Shown piece after piece: positions 23,575-36,379 of a DNA stretch of 64,000 bases. Below the pieces are notes generated by a model. That model saw only the letters and a program-made list of their open reading frames with translations, had not been told where the DNA came from and did not search any database. Origin of the DNA: Okamejei kenojei (taxonomy: Eukaryota); NCBI GenBank assembly GCA_035221665.1, contig CM069140.1, forward strand, positions 54,870,001 to 54,934,000, written 5' to 3'. Each line of letters opens with the position of its first letter. The stretch's first letter is position 1. A program made the translations under genes and the position numbers.

Positions 23575-23910
23575 AACACAGTGGAACAGCAGCAGCACAT
23601 CCAAATTCCAGTGTCCGAGGTTTGATCTTGACCTCTGGTGCCATCTGAGTGCAATTTGCATGTCTTCCCTGTGCCTGTGTAGGTTTCCTTCAAATGCTAC
23701 AGTCTGTACTCACATCCCAAAGACACACAGGTTGATATGGTAATTGTTCATTTTTACTTCCTGGTGGGTGATCAGATCTGGATGTTATTAATTAGGATGT
23801 GGAGAGAATAAATTACAAGGAATAGATTGCAGTGTAAATGGAATGCTCTGAGTGCCAGCATAAATTGGATGGGCCAAATAGCCACATTCATTGTTATGAG
23901 GAAATATGGA
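23575..23910 (+). mobile_element. Old V-type SINE
   Basis: Degenerate tRNA head (GGTTTGATC B box) and core CACATCCCAAAGACACACAGG. Confidence 0.6.
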
Positions 23911-24739
23911 CTTACTCAATGAGTTATTACATTTTTCTTGACCTTATTTTTCATCTTTATCTCTTATTTTCCTCCTGGTCTTTTTTCCGTTCCACTTCCC
24001 TTTCGTTTACCCTCCTACCTGGCTCTTTCCACTGCATGGCAGCTAAACCTCACCATTTTGTCATCTACCTGCAATTCCCAGGGAAAGTATTCTCTGGCAA
24101 ATGCTCTAAAAATGGGCATGAAACATGGCATTGCAATGGTTTACAGATTAACTTCTGAAGAGGAAATAGATCATTAAGGGGATTAAAGATTTAGTTTGTC
24201 CAATTACTTTTTGAAACTATTGCGAAAATAAAATCTTATGAGGACAAAATTGCAGTGCTTATTCATCGCAATTTTCTGCATGTGTAAACCTGCAGTTATC
24301 AACCATCACAGATGCTATCATGTTATTACTCAGACTTTATAAATCTCAAACTGTGAATCATCTAATGTTTCACATGATGAGGAAAATGTTTGGTTCTTTA
24401 ATTATTTCTCTGTAGGTTTCCATACAGTTCCAACACATCCGAAGCTCAAATGTCCAACTGCAAACCGAGAACTTAAAAAAAATATTTTTCTAATTCATGT
24501 AATTCCATCATGGAGAAGAAAAATTAAGGGATGGACTCTGGTCGACTTAGGAAGCTTGGTTCATGACAAATCCTCTGTCAAAAACTGCAATTGGAACAAA
24601 CTTTCTGGTGAATCTTGTTCTGGCACCAATGCAGAGTCATTTTTAATGCGATTTAAACACAGAATGACTCCTGGCAGGATTACAAAATGCTGACCAAGTT
24701 ATTATAATTATCCAGCAGTACAACACAATTATAGAAGCA

Positions 24740-24893
24740 CGGAAAGGAGAAGGGCTCTTCTTTCAGTCTGAAGAAAGGTCTCGACCTGAAACATCACTCA
24801 TCCTTTTTCTTCAGAGATGCTGCCTGTCCCTCTGAGTTACACCGGCACTTTGTGTCCATCTTCAGTATATACGAGCATCTGCAGTTCCTCTTT
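24740..24893 (+). mobile_element. Penelope-derived mini-element (single arm) with hammerhead-like core
   Basis: Imperfect TSD ACACAATTATAGAAGCA (24723-24739) and ACACAATATAAAAGCA (24894-24909); same body as 12222..12443. Confidence 0.8.
24765..24798 (+). ncRNA. Putative minimal type I hammerhead ribozyme motif (likely decayed)
   Basis: AGT-CTGAAGA-A-AGGTC(TC)GACCT-GAAA-CA-TC-ACT: CUGANGA, stem II, GAAA, UC cleavage-site position and a 3-bp stem I. Confidence 0.55.
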
Positions 24894-26119
24894 ACACAAT
24901 ATAAAAGCATCAAACCTCAACGATGCATCACTGGAAAGTAGGGTCACTACAGAAATAAAGGCCAGTAACGTAAAACATCCTCAACATGTCAGATAACAGC
25001 CATGGAGGCAGAAATACAGTTAAAGTTTCCGATTAGGAATAAAACAAGCCTTAAAACACTGAGGCTATGGCGGAAAGAATGCAAGGTCTGTGATAGTGTG
25101 GAAGGCAGCAGAAAGTAGAGGCAACATCAAATTTGGCATCTAAACATGAGGGAACACATCATCCACTTATGATGCTCATCTCTACATATTTTGTTCCATT
25201 GAAGTTAGGTTCATGTTCACCTTGCCGAGGTGTTATTATAAAAAACTGAAATTTTTAAAAAAAAAGTTATAATTATATAAAAATAATTATAATGCAAGGA
25301 CAAAATTATGTTTTTCACAGTAATTTTTCCCAATCTGCTTGGTACTTCATTGACTGAAAAATATCCTACAAATAGCTTAGTTATTCAAATATATCCAAAG
25401 TAAGATCTTATTTTTAGATGATTATAAGCTATATCTACCACAGGTAGAAAATCATTGGATTGCTTAACTCTACCATTGCAAAATCCCACATCTATAACAT
25501 CACACATAAATAAACCTCATATTTATAGCTTTGAGATGATTGTCACACAAGCTACCTTGTAAATGCCAAAACACCCCACATTATATCAAAACCACAATTC
25601 AACACATTCTTTCTCTGTAATTATTCTTCAGTGAATTATGGCTTTGCATTCCTGCTTAAGAAGACTGATAACCATTGCAGTTAATTTCAGAAAACTATCA
25701 AAAATCTCCACCCTTGTAGCTCTGAGTGAATCTCTAGTGCACACTAAATGTTTTACAATGCTCATTTAGCTGAACAATTGTCTGTCACTCTAGAAAATAA
25801 CTATTACAATATCATCTATGTTCCCTGAAAATGAAAGGATTATCAAGGGAGTACAGATAAACAGGAGGAACTGTAAAAGCAGAGCTAGAGTAATTAAGTT
25901 ATGACATCTGGCCATTGAAATTGGTTTCTACATGGAAACCCTGGTTTAGAAATTTGATAAGGCTGGCAAATGTGTACATGGTCACAATTGATAGTGTTTG
26001 ATGCTCAAGCGGACATTTATGCACATCTTATACAATGATTAAAGTAGTTATAAAGCATTAATCATACTATACACATGATACACAAGAAGATAAAATAAAT
26101 AGTTCCAGGAGTTCTTAAC

Positions 26120-26245
26120 ACCATTACAGATGAAATCCTACATGACTGCTTTGAGTACATGGATGGATCTTTATTCAAGGACTCTGCAGCCGAGCTAAAT
26201 AAATAAGTCACTGCCATCATAGTCTTCATGAGTTTGCATGCCAAA
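26120..26245 (+). pseudogene. Rex/Babar ORF fragment (linker region)
   Basis: TDEILHDCFEYMDGSLFKDSAAELNK*VTAI resembles the DCFExxDWxxF motif. Confidence 0.55.
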
Positions 26246-26319
26246 GTCGATAATTGGAGTGTTCCTTAACTGGAAAGTATGGATGAATTATGAGATCCAC
26301 TCAATATTGAATTGATCGA

Positions 26320-26600
26320 AAGATACGGGTCGGCAACCGGCGACTCTTCCGCACACTGAGTCCAAACAGACCATCGATCACCAATTCATACTGGTTCTAT
26401 TTTATCTTTCCACTCCCTACACATTAGGGGCAATTTACAGAAGCAAATTAACCAACAAATCCACACACCTTTGGGATGTGGGAGGAAAGCGGAGCACCTA
26501 GAGAAAACCCACGCAATCACAGGGTGAACGAGAAAACTCCACTTAGGCAGCACCCATGGTCAGGAACAAACCCAGGTCTCTGGCGCAGTGCCGTCCCCAC
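26320..26600 (-). mobile_element. V-type (HE1-like) SINE
   Basis: Reverse complement has core TTTCCTCCCACATCCCAAAGG and a CR1-like 3' tail. Confidence 0.7.
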
Positions 26601-26689
26601 TGAAAACTAAGTCGGAGGTGTTCAAATCGGGTGATCCCAACCTGTCAGAAATCTAGATATATTGTTGGCAAAATGATCAGGGGTGGCCA

Positions 26690-27030
26690 GAGTCAATTCC
26701 TAGGGGTAAATATCTTGGTCTTGTCTTAGCCTTGGTCTAATCATATTAATGGTATGACAAGGAAATACAGCAATGCCTCTACTTCCTCGAAAGACTGAGG
26801 AAATTTGGCACGTCAATATATTCTTACCAATTTCTATAGATGCACTATTGGAAGCATCCTATTGAGAAGCATCACAGTTTGGTTTGCCAATTGCTCTGCT
26901 CAAAATCGTAAGAAGTTGCAGAGTTGTGGATGCAGCCCAGTACATGCCCGAACCAGTCTCACTGACTACATCTATACATCACACTGCCTTGGGAAAGCTG
27001 CAAACATAATCAAGGACCATTCACACCCTA
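26690..27030 (+). mobile_element. Rex/Babar RT C-terminal fragment, followed by a CR1 3' fragment (27030-27280)
   Basis: ILTNFYRCTIGSILLRSITVWFANCSAQNRKKLQ...IYTSHCLGKAANIIKDHSHP. Confidence 0.75.
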
Positions 27031-27404
27031 ATTCTAGAAAGCATAGATTTAATGTGAGAGGGGGAAAAGCTTAAAGGAGATGTGTGGGCAAATCTTTTTA
27101 CACAGAGGGTGGTGGGTGCCTGGAACATGCTTCAGAGGAGGTGGGTAAGGCAGATATGACAGTTGGAATTAAGATACTTTTGGGTAGGCATATGGATGAA
27201 TGCATGGATATGGATTGTGTGCAGGCAGATAAGAGTTGGTCTTAACACCATGTTTGGCACAGACATTGTGGGCAAAGGGTTTATTCAAGGTGGAACCTGC
27301 ATGGAGTGTTGGGACCACATTCTTCCTGAGACTTACTTTAGTAACCTACAATTCACCAATGAACTAACAGCGGACTTAAAGCTTAAGGTTCTGTAATGTT
27401 TATT

Positions 27405-27714
27405 TGTTAAGTTTTAGTTTTAGCTTTAGTTTTTTTAGAGATACAGCATGGAAACAGGCCCTTCGCCCTACCGAGTCCATAACGACCAACGAGTACACTA
27501 GATCAATCCTACACACTATGGATGATTTACAAAAGCCAATTAACCTACAAACCTGCATGTCTTTGGTATGTTATAGAAAAAAACAGAATATCCGGAAAAA
27601 GCCATGATCATGGATAATGTACAAACTCCATACAGATAGCACCCATAGTCAGGATCAAACCCAGGTCTCTTCCACTGTAAGGCAGCAGCTCTACCAGTGC
27701 ACACTGTGCCGCCC
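27405..27714 (-). mobile_element. V-type (HE1-like) SINE
   Basis: tRNA head GGGCGGCACAGTG...GGTTTGATCC, core CCAAAGACATGCAGG and (AAACT)n tail. Confidence 0.8.
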
Positions 27715-29982
27715 AATGATGGGACTGTTCTGCAATTCATTGTGATGCTTCTCATCACTCTACCATCATTTACGCAGCCTTTAACTCACATCAGCCCTGC
27801 CAGTGCACCCTTACTCATCAGATGACTTATATGTAGAATAACTAGCATCACATTTTCCAAAAGGTACTTCCTTCTTCCTCAATCATCAATAAGTTAAACA
27901 TCACATGTTTAAAATTAAATATTAGTACCAATGGCAGAACAGTGGTGAGTCAAGCTGCCATCTTCCATATACTGAATACCAGAAGAGTCAAACATTGCCT
28001 AATATTTTTTTTAAGAGACATCTGGACAAACGTTTGAATCAGCAAGACTACAGTCAAAATACATATTAATGGGACTAGTACAATTTTCAGCAAGGACAAG
28101 GTGGGCCATAGAGCCTGTTATTATACCGTATGACTATATTCCATGACTCTATACTAATTATGCAGGTCGAACAATGCATTGCATTTTAAATTGTTGTTCT
28201 GAAATTATTTTGCTCAGCTTTGATAAATTTAGTCAATTTACAAATAGCACAGTTGGCTTCCAAGCATCAGTTTCGAATAAAACTATTATTTTTTCTTCTC
28301 ACAGAAAAAAAAAACCTTCCATAGTGTGAGCCTGCTTTATGTATTTAAATGACTCCATGCTTTGCACTGTCTAGATCTGATGAAAATTTGTGCAACAAGT
28401 GCAGGAAGAATAGCAAATCCAATCCAAAAACAAATCAATTATTTCCACCGATCAGAAAGGTGAAGTGTTGCACCCCAAGGATGGGGTTGTGCAAAAATAG
28501 ATGGCAATGTCTCACTGTTATCATCACAACTCAACTTCTTTCTTCATTCTGGCAACTCTAACTCAGAATGTAATTGGTTCTTGGTTAGGTCAAAGGGAAG
28601 GTTAATAATGATGATGAATTATCTCATTATTTAAGCTACATACTATGTTGCAATATAGGTTTTAATAATTCATAAAAAATGCAATGACGTGAAGTCCTTT
28701 AATGCAATAAGATATGCACTTACTCTTTTTCCTACTTTTGATTTGATTTACCAAACTTTAAATGAATATAGATTACAATAATCCTTCAATTTCTCCTATA
28801 AACGACAAATAGAACATATTTAACTTTCGGTTGAAATACCAGAAGGTGTGATAGGTCATAGAATTCATCTCCATAAAAGGAATAACCTTTTTCTTTCTTT
28901 CATAAGGCTGTACCTACACATTTTCATAAAACGCAATGACCACAAAGATATTTTCCGCAATGAAAAATATTGTCACTTATTCCATAAATGCTGAGAAAGA
29001 CATGTGGGTTTGTAGGTTAATTGGCTTCTGTTAGTTGTCTGTAGTGTAGGATAAAACCAGTGTGCTGGTGATCATTGGTTGGCGTGATCTTGGTGGGCCA
29101 AAGGTCCTCTTTCCACGTATATCTAAAAAAAGACTCAGCGGGTCAATCAGGGCTTGTGGAGGGAATAAGCAGATGACATTTCGGGTTGGGAACATTTTTC
29201 TATTGGCATATTGTTTTTTTGCCGAAAATTCTGGAAAATTCCAGGACCGCATTCATTACTTATGTCTCATCAACTGAGTATACCTGACTGATCTCTAACT
29301 TCAATTGAAAATGATAGTCCATTACTAATGAATACACCAGGATAATCATCATTTATAAAAGCTGCTTGATATTAGTTTATGAATTAACTGACAGCTGAAT
29401 AATGCCTAAGGGAGGTAAGGAATTATTGTCCCACAGACTATTTCCTCAGTTTAATCCAAATTGCTTACAACTTGCAAAAATAACCTGTCTTGAACTGATA
29501 TGAAGCAATAAACAAGGGTAAGAAAAACCATGGTGCGCTTTAATGTTAATCTACTTTGACATTCATCTTGAAGGGCAATTTCATGGATGCATTTAAGAGT
29601 GTTTTCAAGGACAATGTGCTCTAGATAAATTCACTGATGTTAGTACCAGAAGTGAAAATTTTGAAGTAGATTTGAAAATTAGATCAAATGATATGATGAC
29701 AGACAAATATTTTGAAACATCATTATGTCAGTCAATATCCATTCAATCCTACCATTAACATGATGCCACACATTTTATTTTTACATCCCCTTTCTGTATT
29801 TTGCAGTGAACACACCCTCACAACACCCTGATCCACACCACAGTCATTGCCAAATCTCCTCCCATGCCTTCCATTGTATTGTCCCAAATTCTAGACTTAT
29901 TTATTTTACCTCCTCTCTTCCCATTATCACGAGCCTTGGACACTCCATTTAGATCTACATACATTTTTTTTCATGCATTTCC

Positions 29983-30527
29983 AGTCTGAACTAAGGTCGC
30001 GACCCGAAACTGGGGTTTAGAAGAATGAGGGAGGTCCTAATTGAAACGTACAGAATAGTGAAAGGCTTGGATAGAGTGGATGTGGGGAGGGAGGGTGTTT
30101 CCACTGGTGGGAGAGTCTAGGACTAGAGGTCATAGCCTCAGAATTAAAGGACGTTCTTTTATGAAGGAGATGAGGAATATAGTCAGAGGGTGGTGAATTT
30201 GTGGAATTCTTTGCCACGGAGGCTGTGGAGGCCAAGTCAATGCATATTTTTTAAAGCAGAGATAGATAGATTCTTGATTAGTACAGGTGTTAGAGATTAT
30301 GGGGAGAAAGCAGGAGAATGGGGTCAGGAGGGAGAGATAGATCAGCTATGATTGAATGGCAGACTAGACTTGATGGGCTGAATTGTCTAATTCTGTTCCT
30401 ATCACTTATGATCTTATGAAACATCATCTATCCATGTTCTACAGAGAGGCTGCCTGATCCGTCGAGTTACTTCAGCACTTTGTGTTCATTTGTGTATTAA
30501 CCAGTGTCTGCAGTTCTTTGTTTCTAC
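29983..30527 (+). mobile_element. Penelope-derived mini-element split by a CR1 3' fragment (30011-30417)
   Basis: GTCTGAACTAAGGTCGCGACCCGAAAC | CR1 | GAAACATCATCTATCC...CTGCAGTTC; GAAAC is duplicated at both junctions. Confidence 0.75.
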
Positions 30528-30889
30528 ATTTTGCTTTATCTATGCACATCTTACAGTGAAGTCCCTTCTTTATTTTTGTGGGGATCCAAGGTCAGTTTTG
30601 TAATCCATTTTCTGAACATGTCTATTAAGTTAGTAAATGTAAACCCTGAAGATTTCCTCACTTACCATCTCAGTGCTTAGCCATAACCCTAATCCCACCT
30701 CTCTATCCTTAATATACTCACTGTGCTGGGGTGTTGCCTGAGGACCACAAAGCTACATGTTTTATATTCTTGTTCAATGCAGTAATATCATACCAGATTG
30801 TTGAACCACACTTAAAGGAGAATGTTCTAGAAACATTGATTAGGGGGGGGGGGGTGACACTGCCTTACATTTGGAAAAAATATGAATTG

Positions 30890-31115
30890 ATTCACACAAA
30901 GAGTGGTGGGTGTAGGGAACAAGCTGCCAGAGGAGGTAATTGAGGCTAGGAATATCCCAACATTTAAGAAACAGTGAGACATGTACATGGATAGGACAAG
31001 TTTGGAGGGATATGGACCAAGTGCAGGCAGGTGGGACTAGTGTAGCTGGGACAGGTTGCCCGGGCAAGTTGGGCCGAAGGGCCTGTTTCCCCACTGTATC
31101 ACTCCATGACTCTAT
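30890..31115 (+). mobile_element. CR1 3' fragment
   Basis: TTCACACAAAGAGTGGTGGG...GGGCCGAAGGGCCTGTTTCC...CTCCATGACTCTAT. Confidence 0.75.
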
Positions 31116-32039
31116 AATTAGAGACAAAGCCAGCAGTGTTTCATTGAATGATGGAGATTGTTGATGCAGTGACAGAAAAGATCAACAAAGTACTGTAAAT
31201 GCAACTGATGATGTCTATGGCCTATAATCCACAACAGCCTCACTCAGCTGTCTGGAGTTTTCTGACTTCATTTGTCCCTGGTCCATCAAGTGCTTCATCC
31301 TTGTGCATAAATCTATGTGCAGCCTCACCTGCCCTATCTTTGTAACTTTCTAAAATTTGAAAAGCCGCAGATGCTGAAAATATGAATAAAAAAGGAAAAT
31401 CTGCTAATTTGTGCATCACTGTTCCGTTGCTCACTAGGAACCAAGCCTAACATCATTATGAAACCTGCCAACAAGGTGGCATTGCTATAGACAGGCAAAT
31501 TTAACTTCTATTTCACGTAATGCCAAACTGCAGCCTCCCACCTTCATCCTGAAAAAATATAATTTGCCCTCATATTTTGTTTTCGGGCACAAACCTCACT
31601 AGAATTCTACCAAACATCCTTACATTTAAACCCTGCTTTTAATGCCTCTCCAGAAAGCACATCTCATTGACAAATTATGCAAGCTCAAGCATTCTGCTAC
31701 CAATCATAAAATATAATTATTTAACAGATTGTCCATGTAATTCTCATTACATCTACGAGAAATCCTTCGGAATATTTTTACATTTTAAATGATTTACTAT
31801 GTTCATGCTTCCATTTGAGATATTGATCCAATGTCTCTCCTTGAACTTCAAGTGTGTTTCTTTTCTTCTGTTATTCCCTACTATTTTGGAGAACTGGATG
31901 CCATTTTGATAGTCTTGGTCTCCATCAGGACAATTGCTATGGTGCATCCATTACAAGGATGTCAATGACCCACCTAACTATTTGGAATGTGGTTGTTATT
32001 CCTTGATGTCAATTAATTAGGTAATATGAGGCAGAAGAT

Positions 32040-32643
32040 CTCAGATCGCCACACGCGATGGTAGAAGTTCCAAAGGTGAAGTGACCTACAGATGGGTAGC
32101 CACTGAGCCAATCCCCCGCAGCTGAACACAAGACACAACAGACCGCGGCTACAGGTGGTAGGCGGCGAGCAAGTCCACTGCATCCGAACGCAAGACCCAG
32201 CGGAATGCGGCATACAGGGTTTTTTTGCCTAGCTAGTCCCTGCTAGAAGAGCCCGGCGGACCACGGCCTGGAAGGGGGAGCCCGCAGAGCCAACGGGAGG
32301 ATTGGGCCGGCGGCAGCGCTGGACGTGACCAGCAAGGAGTGAGGTTGGTAGGAGAGGAGAGGGAAAAGGGGTCTGGCCGGGGAACAAAGGTGGACAGGCA
32401 TGGAGAGGACGTTGGTTCGCAGGTTGACTCCCACGTCCAATGAAGGCGATGGCTGGAGCCCTACAGCAGCCTGGGGCTTGCCTGGAACGAGCTCCGCTCA
32501 TAATAACTAGAGCATAGACTGGACTTTGAAAATGGCACCAAAACATGGCACCTCTTGTACACACTAGACTATTTTTGTACAATCTCCTAAATAGAGGTGT
32601 GTTTTGGAATGGCAACATGCAATAAAAGCATCATTGAACCATT
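32040..32643 (+). mobile_element. GC-rich non-coding element, related to 57000..57620
   Basis: Shares CTTTSAAAATGGCACCAAAACWTGGC (32524-32549 and 57431-57456) and an AATAAA + (ACCATTG)-like tail. Confidence 0.55.
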
Positions 32644-34226
32644 TTGCCAAACCTACATCAGCAGAGAATACACCTTGAGTATTTTTAATAGCTGCAGCTA
32701 GTTAAAACCCAACCAGTTACGATTCTAGGTTTAGTTCTTGCAATTCCTAAACCATCCTGAATTCCAACCTGAATTGCCTTTTTAATTGCCTCATGGCACA
32801 TTCTGCTTATTGGGAACTTGTAAAATATAAAACTTGTAATTATACAGCAAAAGCAGACTATTAGAGAAACTCAGCGTGTCAGGTAGAAGTTTCAAATTAA
32901 GATCTTTCTTTATACTGTATCTGTATCTACTTTGCCTAGTCCAGTAGGATCAGATTAGCTGATCCTTTTTTTGTGGGACAATTCAATGGAATTGCAGCAA
33001 AGTGAAGAGATTGACTATAATGGGGATGATTTGTTGGGGAACTGTGCTGGTGAACAGACCACAGAATTTGTTATTGTAGCAGTGAGCTTAAACGGTGAAT
33101 GGAAGCTAACCATGCTGTATTTCACAGCTGATCTATTTCTGCTTTCATCCGATGCTCATTTAGAAAATCCAGCTCTAGTTTTCCTAAGTTAAAAATGGGA
33201 CATGTATGTTCATAAATCATAGAAGCAAAATTAGGCCGTTCGGCCCCTCCCATCTACGCCATTCAATCATGGCTGATCTTTCCCTCTCAACCCCATTCTC
33301 CTGCCTTCTCCCCACAACCTTTGTCAGCTGTGTGACTTCTGATCATTATCGTGTCTGAATGTGTGTGAACTCCTGGCGAGGATTGGAATTGGACAGACCA
33401 TAAAAGTCTATTATGTCTAAATGATTATCTTGTCAATAACTGTCTGTATTAAAGACTGCTGCACCCAAGAAATGGAACCCCACAATACATTTGTATAACA
33501 GAAAGTGAATGTGGGGTGGGGGGAATAAAATGTTGACCTTTGTTTTGTTTGCCTCTGCAAGCAATTTTACCAGCTTATTAAGACAATTTACAGTTTAAAA
33601 AAAATGTGATCCTTATTCTCACCTGAAAAATCTGCATGATAAATATTTTTACGTACCTTTATGTCATAGTTTTCTACTTTAGAAAGGCTATACGAGCACA
33701 TATGACTGGTCTCATGTTCCTGTATCTGGCATCTATAACTGTCTACAAGAAAAGTGTCTACAAATCAAAGATGTGTAAAGAGAATGTCAATTTTAACTGT
33801 TAACATGACCTCAATTGGAATGCTATTGGACAAGTTATTGGACCAGTTTTGTGAATATGTTCTCTATCTGAAGGCAGTAATAAATTCTCTCACTGTTAGT
33901 CATCATTTGCTGCCATCACAAACTGTACCTTATCAGTCTGCCCAGTCACATACATGGATAATGAAAATAACCAGTTACTGATTTTATAAGAGAGCAAGAA
34001 AAGTCATGCAGTTTGTGTGAAACCAATATTAACCAATTATTTTCAATGTAAGTAAGTAAGTAAGTAAGTTTATTGGCCAAGTATTCACATACAAGGAATT
34101 TGCCTTGGTGCTATCGGTATCAATATAATTTTTTTTAATGGTTTAGGAGGAAAAACAAAATATCTTTGGAATTTCAATGGCAAAATCTCATATAACCATT
34201 GGGAAACTTATTTGTGAAATACAAAA

Positions 34227-34552
34227 GGTGGGCATGGTGGCGCAGCTGTAGATTTGCTGCCTAAAGACGCCAGATACCCGGGTTCGATCCTGAGTAGGGG
34301 TGCTTGTCTGTACGGAGTTTGTACGTTCTCCCCGTGGCCTGCATGGGTTTTCTCTAGGATCTCCGGTTTCCTCCCACACTCCAAAGACATACAGGTTTGT
34401 TGGACAATTGGCTTGGTATAATTGTAAATTGTCCCTAGTATGTATAGGATAGTGTTGTTATGCGGGGATTGCTGGTTGGCAAGGACTCGGTGGGCTGAAG
34501 GGCCAGCTTATGCACTGTATCTCAAAACTAAAACTAAAATCTAATCTAGACT
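34227..34552 (+). mobile_element. Full-length V-type (HE1-like) SINE
   Basis: A box TGGCGCAGCTG, B box GGTTCGATCC, core GGTTTCCTCCCACACTCCAAAGACATACAGG, CR1-like 3' hairpin and (AAACT)n tail. Confidence 0.9.
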
Positions 34553-35145
34553 AAGCCCTAAAATTTGCAAAACATACAGCTATAGAAAGTAGTAATTATT
34601 TTAAATCTCTGATCAATTAAATTTTAAATCAATGACTCTATACTCTTCCTTTGACCAGTTGTAATGCCCAGCCAATACATGCATAGTTATTTTGTCTTAT
34701 TTTTATTTAGGTGGTATTGGTTTATTTTGATTGCCAGATGTATCAAGATACCGTAAACAACTCATAAAATATTTTATTAAAAATACTTTTATTATTAAAA
34801 ATATATACAAGAAGTACAAACAGAAATGTGCATGGCTTTCCTTACATTCTTGGTGTTGTCTGGTCTATACATTCTCAGTGTTATAAGGTTTGTGCACATT
34901 TGTACTGTTGGTACATTTAATGTACAAGGTACCATTGTATTCTCGTGATCATAGTCTCGTGACCGTATTCTTTGGACAATATGCATTTCAAGTGTTTCAA
35001 CTGGATCCTCTGGATCCACCCTCTCGTTGTCGATTGGCAGAAGGAGCTTAGACTGCAGTCCTTCTCCACAAAGCCTTTGCATTGGCTGCATCAACCTTCA
35101 TTTTGCCCCTGTAGTGTTGGATGTGCCAGATGACAATGTTCTCTT

Positions 35146-35318
35146 GTGGACAATGGATATTTTTAAGGCAGAGATTGATAGATTCTCGACTGGTACGGGT
35201 ATCAGGGGTTATGGGGAGGAGGCAGGAGAATGGGGTTAGGATGGAAAGATAGATCAGCCATGGTGGTGTAGACTTGATGGGCCAAATGGCCTAATTCTAC
35301 TATCACTTATGAACATGA
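35146..35318 (+). mobile_element. CR1 3' fragment
   Basis: MDIFKAEIDRF...IRGYGEEAGEWG followed by the 3'UTR. Confidence 0.8.
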
Positions 35319-35599
35319 CATCTCATTGTACTGGAAAGCCAATAAACTTTAGCAAGTCTAAAGAACATCTTTCACTGAGTTAATGCTCTGCTTGCAGCAC
35401 TTGATGTTTGTCTACTAATTACTCATCCCCTTGCTCATCCTACAAGGAAGCCAGGAGCAGCAAAACTGGGTGAAACCCAACATGTTCAAATTCCCCTTTC
35501 GGTAATACAGGACAACACACCATCATCATTCTTGTTGTTGTACCGAGGAAACATTCTGTAATTCTCCATGTGCCACCATCACAGAACAGAAGTCACATC

Positions 35600-35940
35600 A
35601 GATGGCATTGATAGGGTAGACAGCCAGAACTTTTTCTCCAGGGTGGAAATGTCAAAGACCAGGGAACATAGATTCAAGGTGAGAGGGGCAAAGTTTAAAG
35701 AAGACGTGCAGGGCAATTTTTTGTTTATAACGCAGAAGGTGGTGAGAAGGGCCTGCATTGCTCTGCCAGGGGTGGTGGTGAAGGCAGATACTATGGTGGT
35801 GTATAAGAGGCTTTTAGATAGGCACATGGATACGCAGGGAATGTAGCAATATGGATCTTGTGCAGGTGGATGAGATTAGTTTATCTTTGCACCATGTTCA
35901 ACACAGACATTGTGGGCTGAAGGGCCTGTTCCTGATCAGT
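35600..35940 (+). mobile_element. CR1 3' fragment (older subfamily)
   Basis: GIDRVDSQNFFSRVEMSKTREHRFKVRG...RLLDRHMD. Confidence 0.8.
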
Positions 35941-35944
35941 ATTA

Positions 35945-36228
35945 TTAGATGTTTAGTTTAGAGATACAGCGCAGAAACAGGCCCTTTGGCCCACTGATCC
36001 CCGCACATTAACACTATCCTACACACACTAAGGACAATTTACACAAACACCAAGCCAATTAACCTACAAATCTTCTTTGGAATATGAGAGGATAACGAAG
36101 ATCTCAGAAAAAAAGCCACATGGTCACAAGCAGAAGGTACAAGCGCCGTGGAGGCAGCACCCGTAGTCATGATTGAACCCGGGTCTCCAGCACCGTAAGG
36201 CAGGAACTCCACTGCTGCGCACCCATGC
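35945..36228 (-). mobile_element. V-type SINE
   Basis: Same family as 34227..34552, reverse strand. Confidence 0.8.
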
Positions 36229-36379
36229 CCCTGTTCTGTTATATCCTGATTTCATTTTGAGAAATAACCCGTCATACATACTACCAAAAAAAGGTAAATG
36301 TTTAAGGGCCAGGAGGAACAGAAATGCCCAGCTGAAATAATGTAGGCTCCTGTCATCAGGGGATTCTTGTTTCACTATT

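Noticed and set aside
31240-31434. Possible minus-strand exon (ASAAFQILESYKDRAGE...)
   Set aside because: The acceptor lies in a decayed Penelope tail (GCAGATGCTGAAAA), and the peptide is not recognisable.
34227-34300. tRNA gene
   Set aside because: The A/B boxes belong to a SINE head followed by the V core and LINE tail; the same applies to the other SINE copies.
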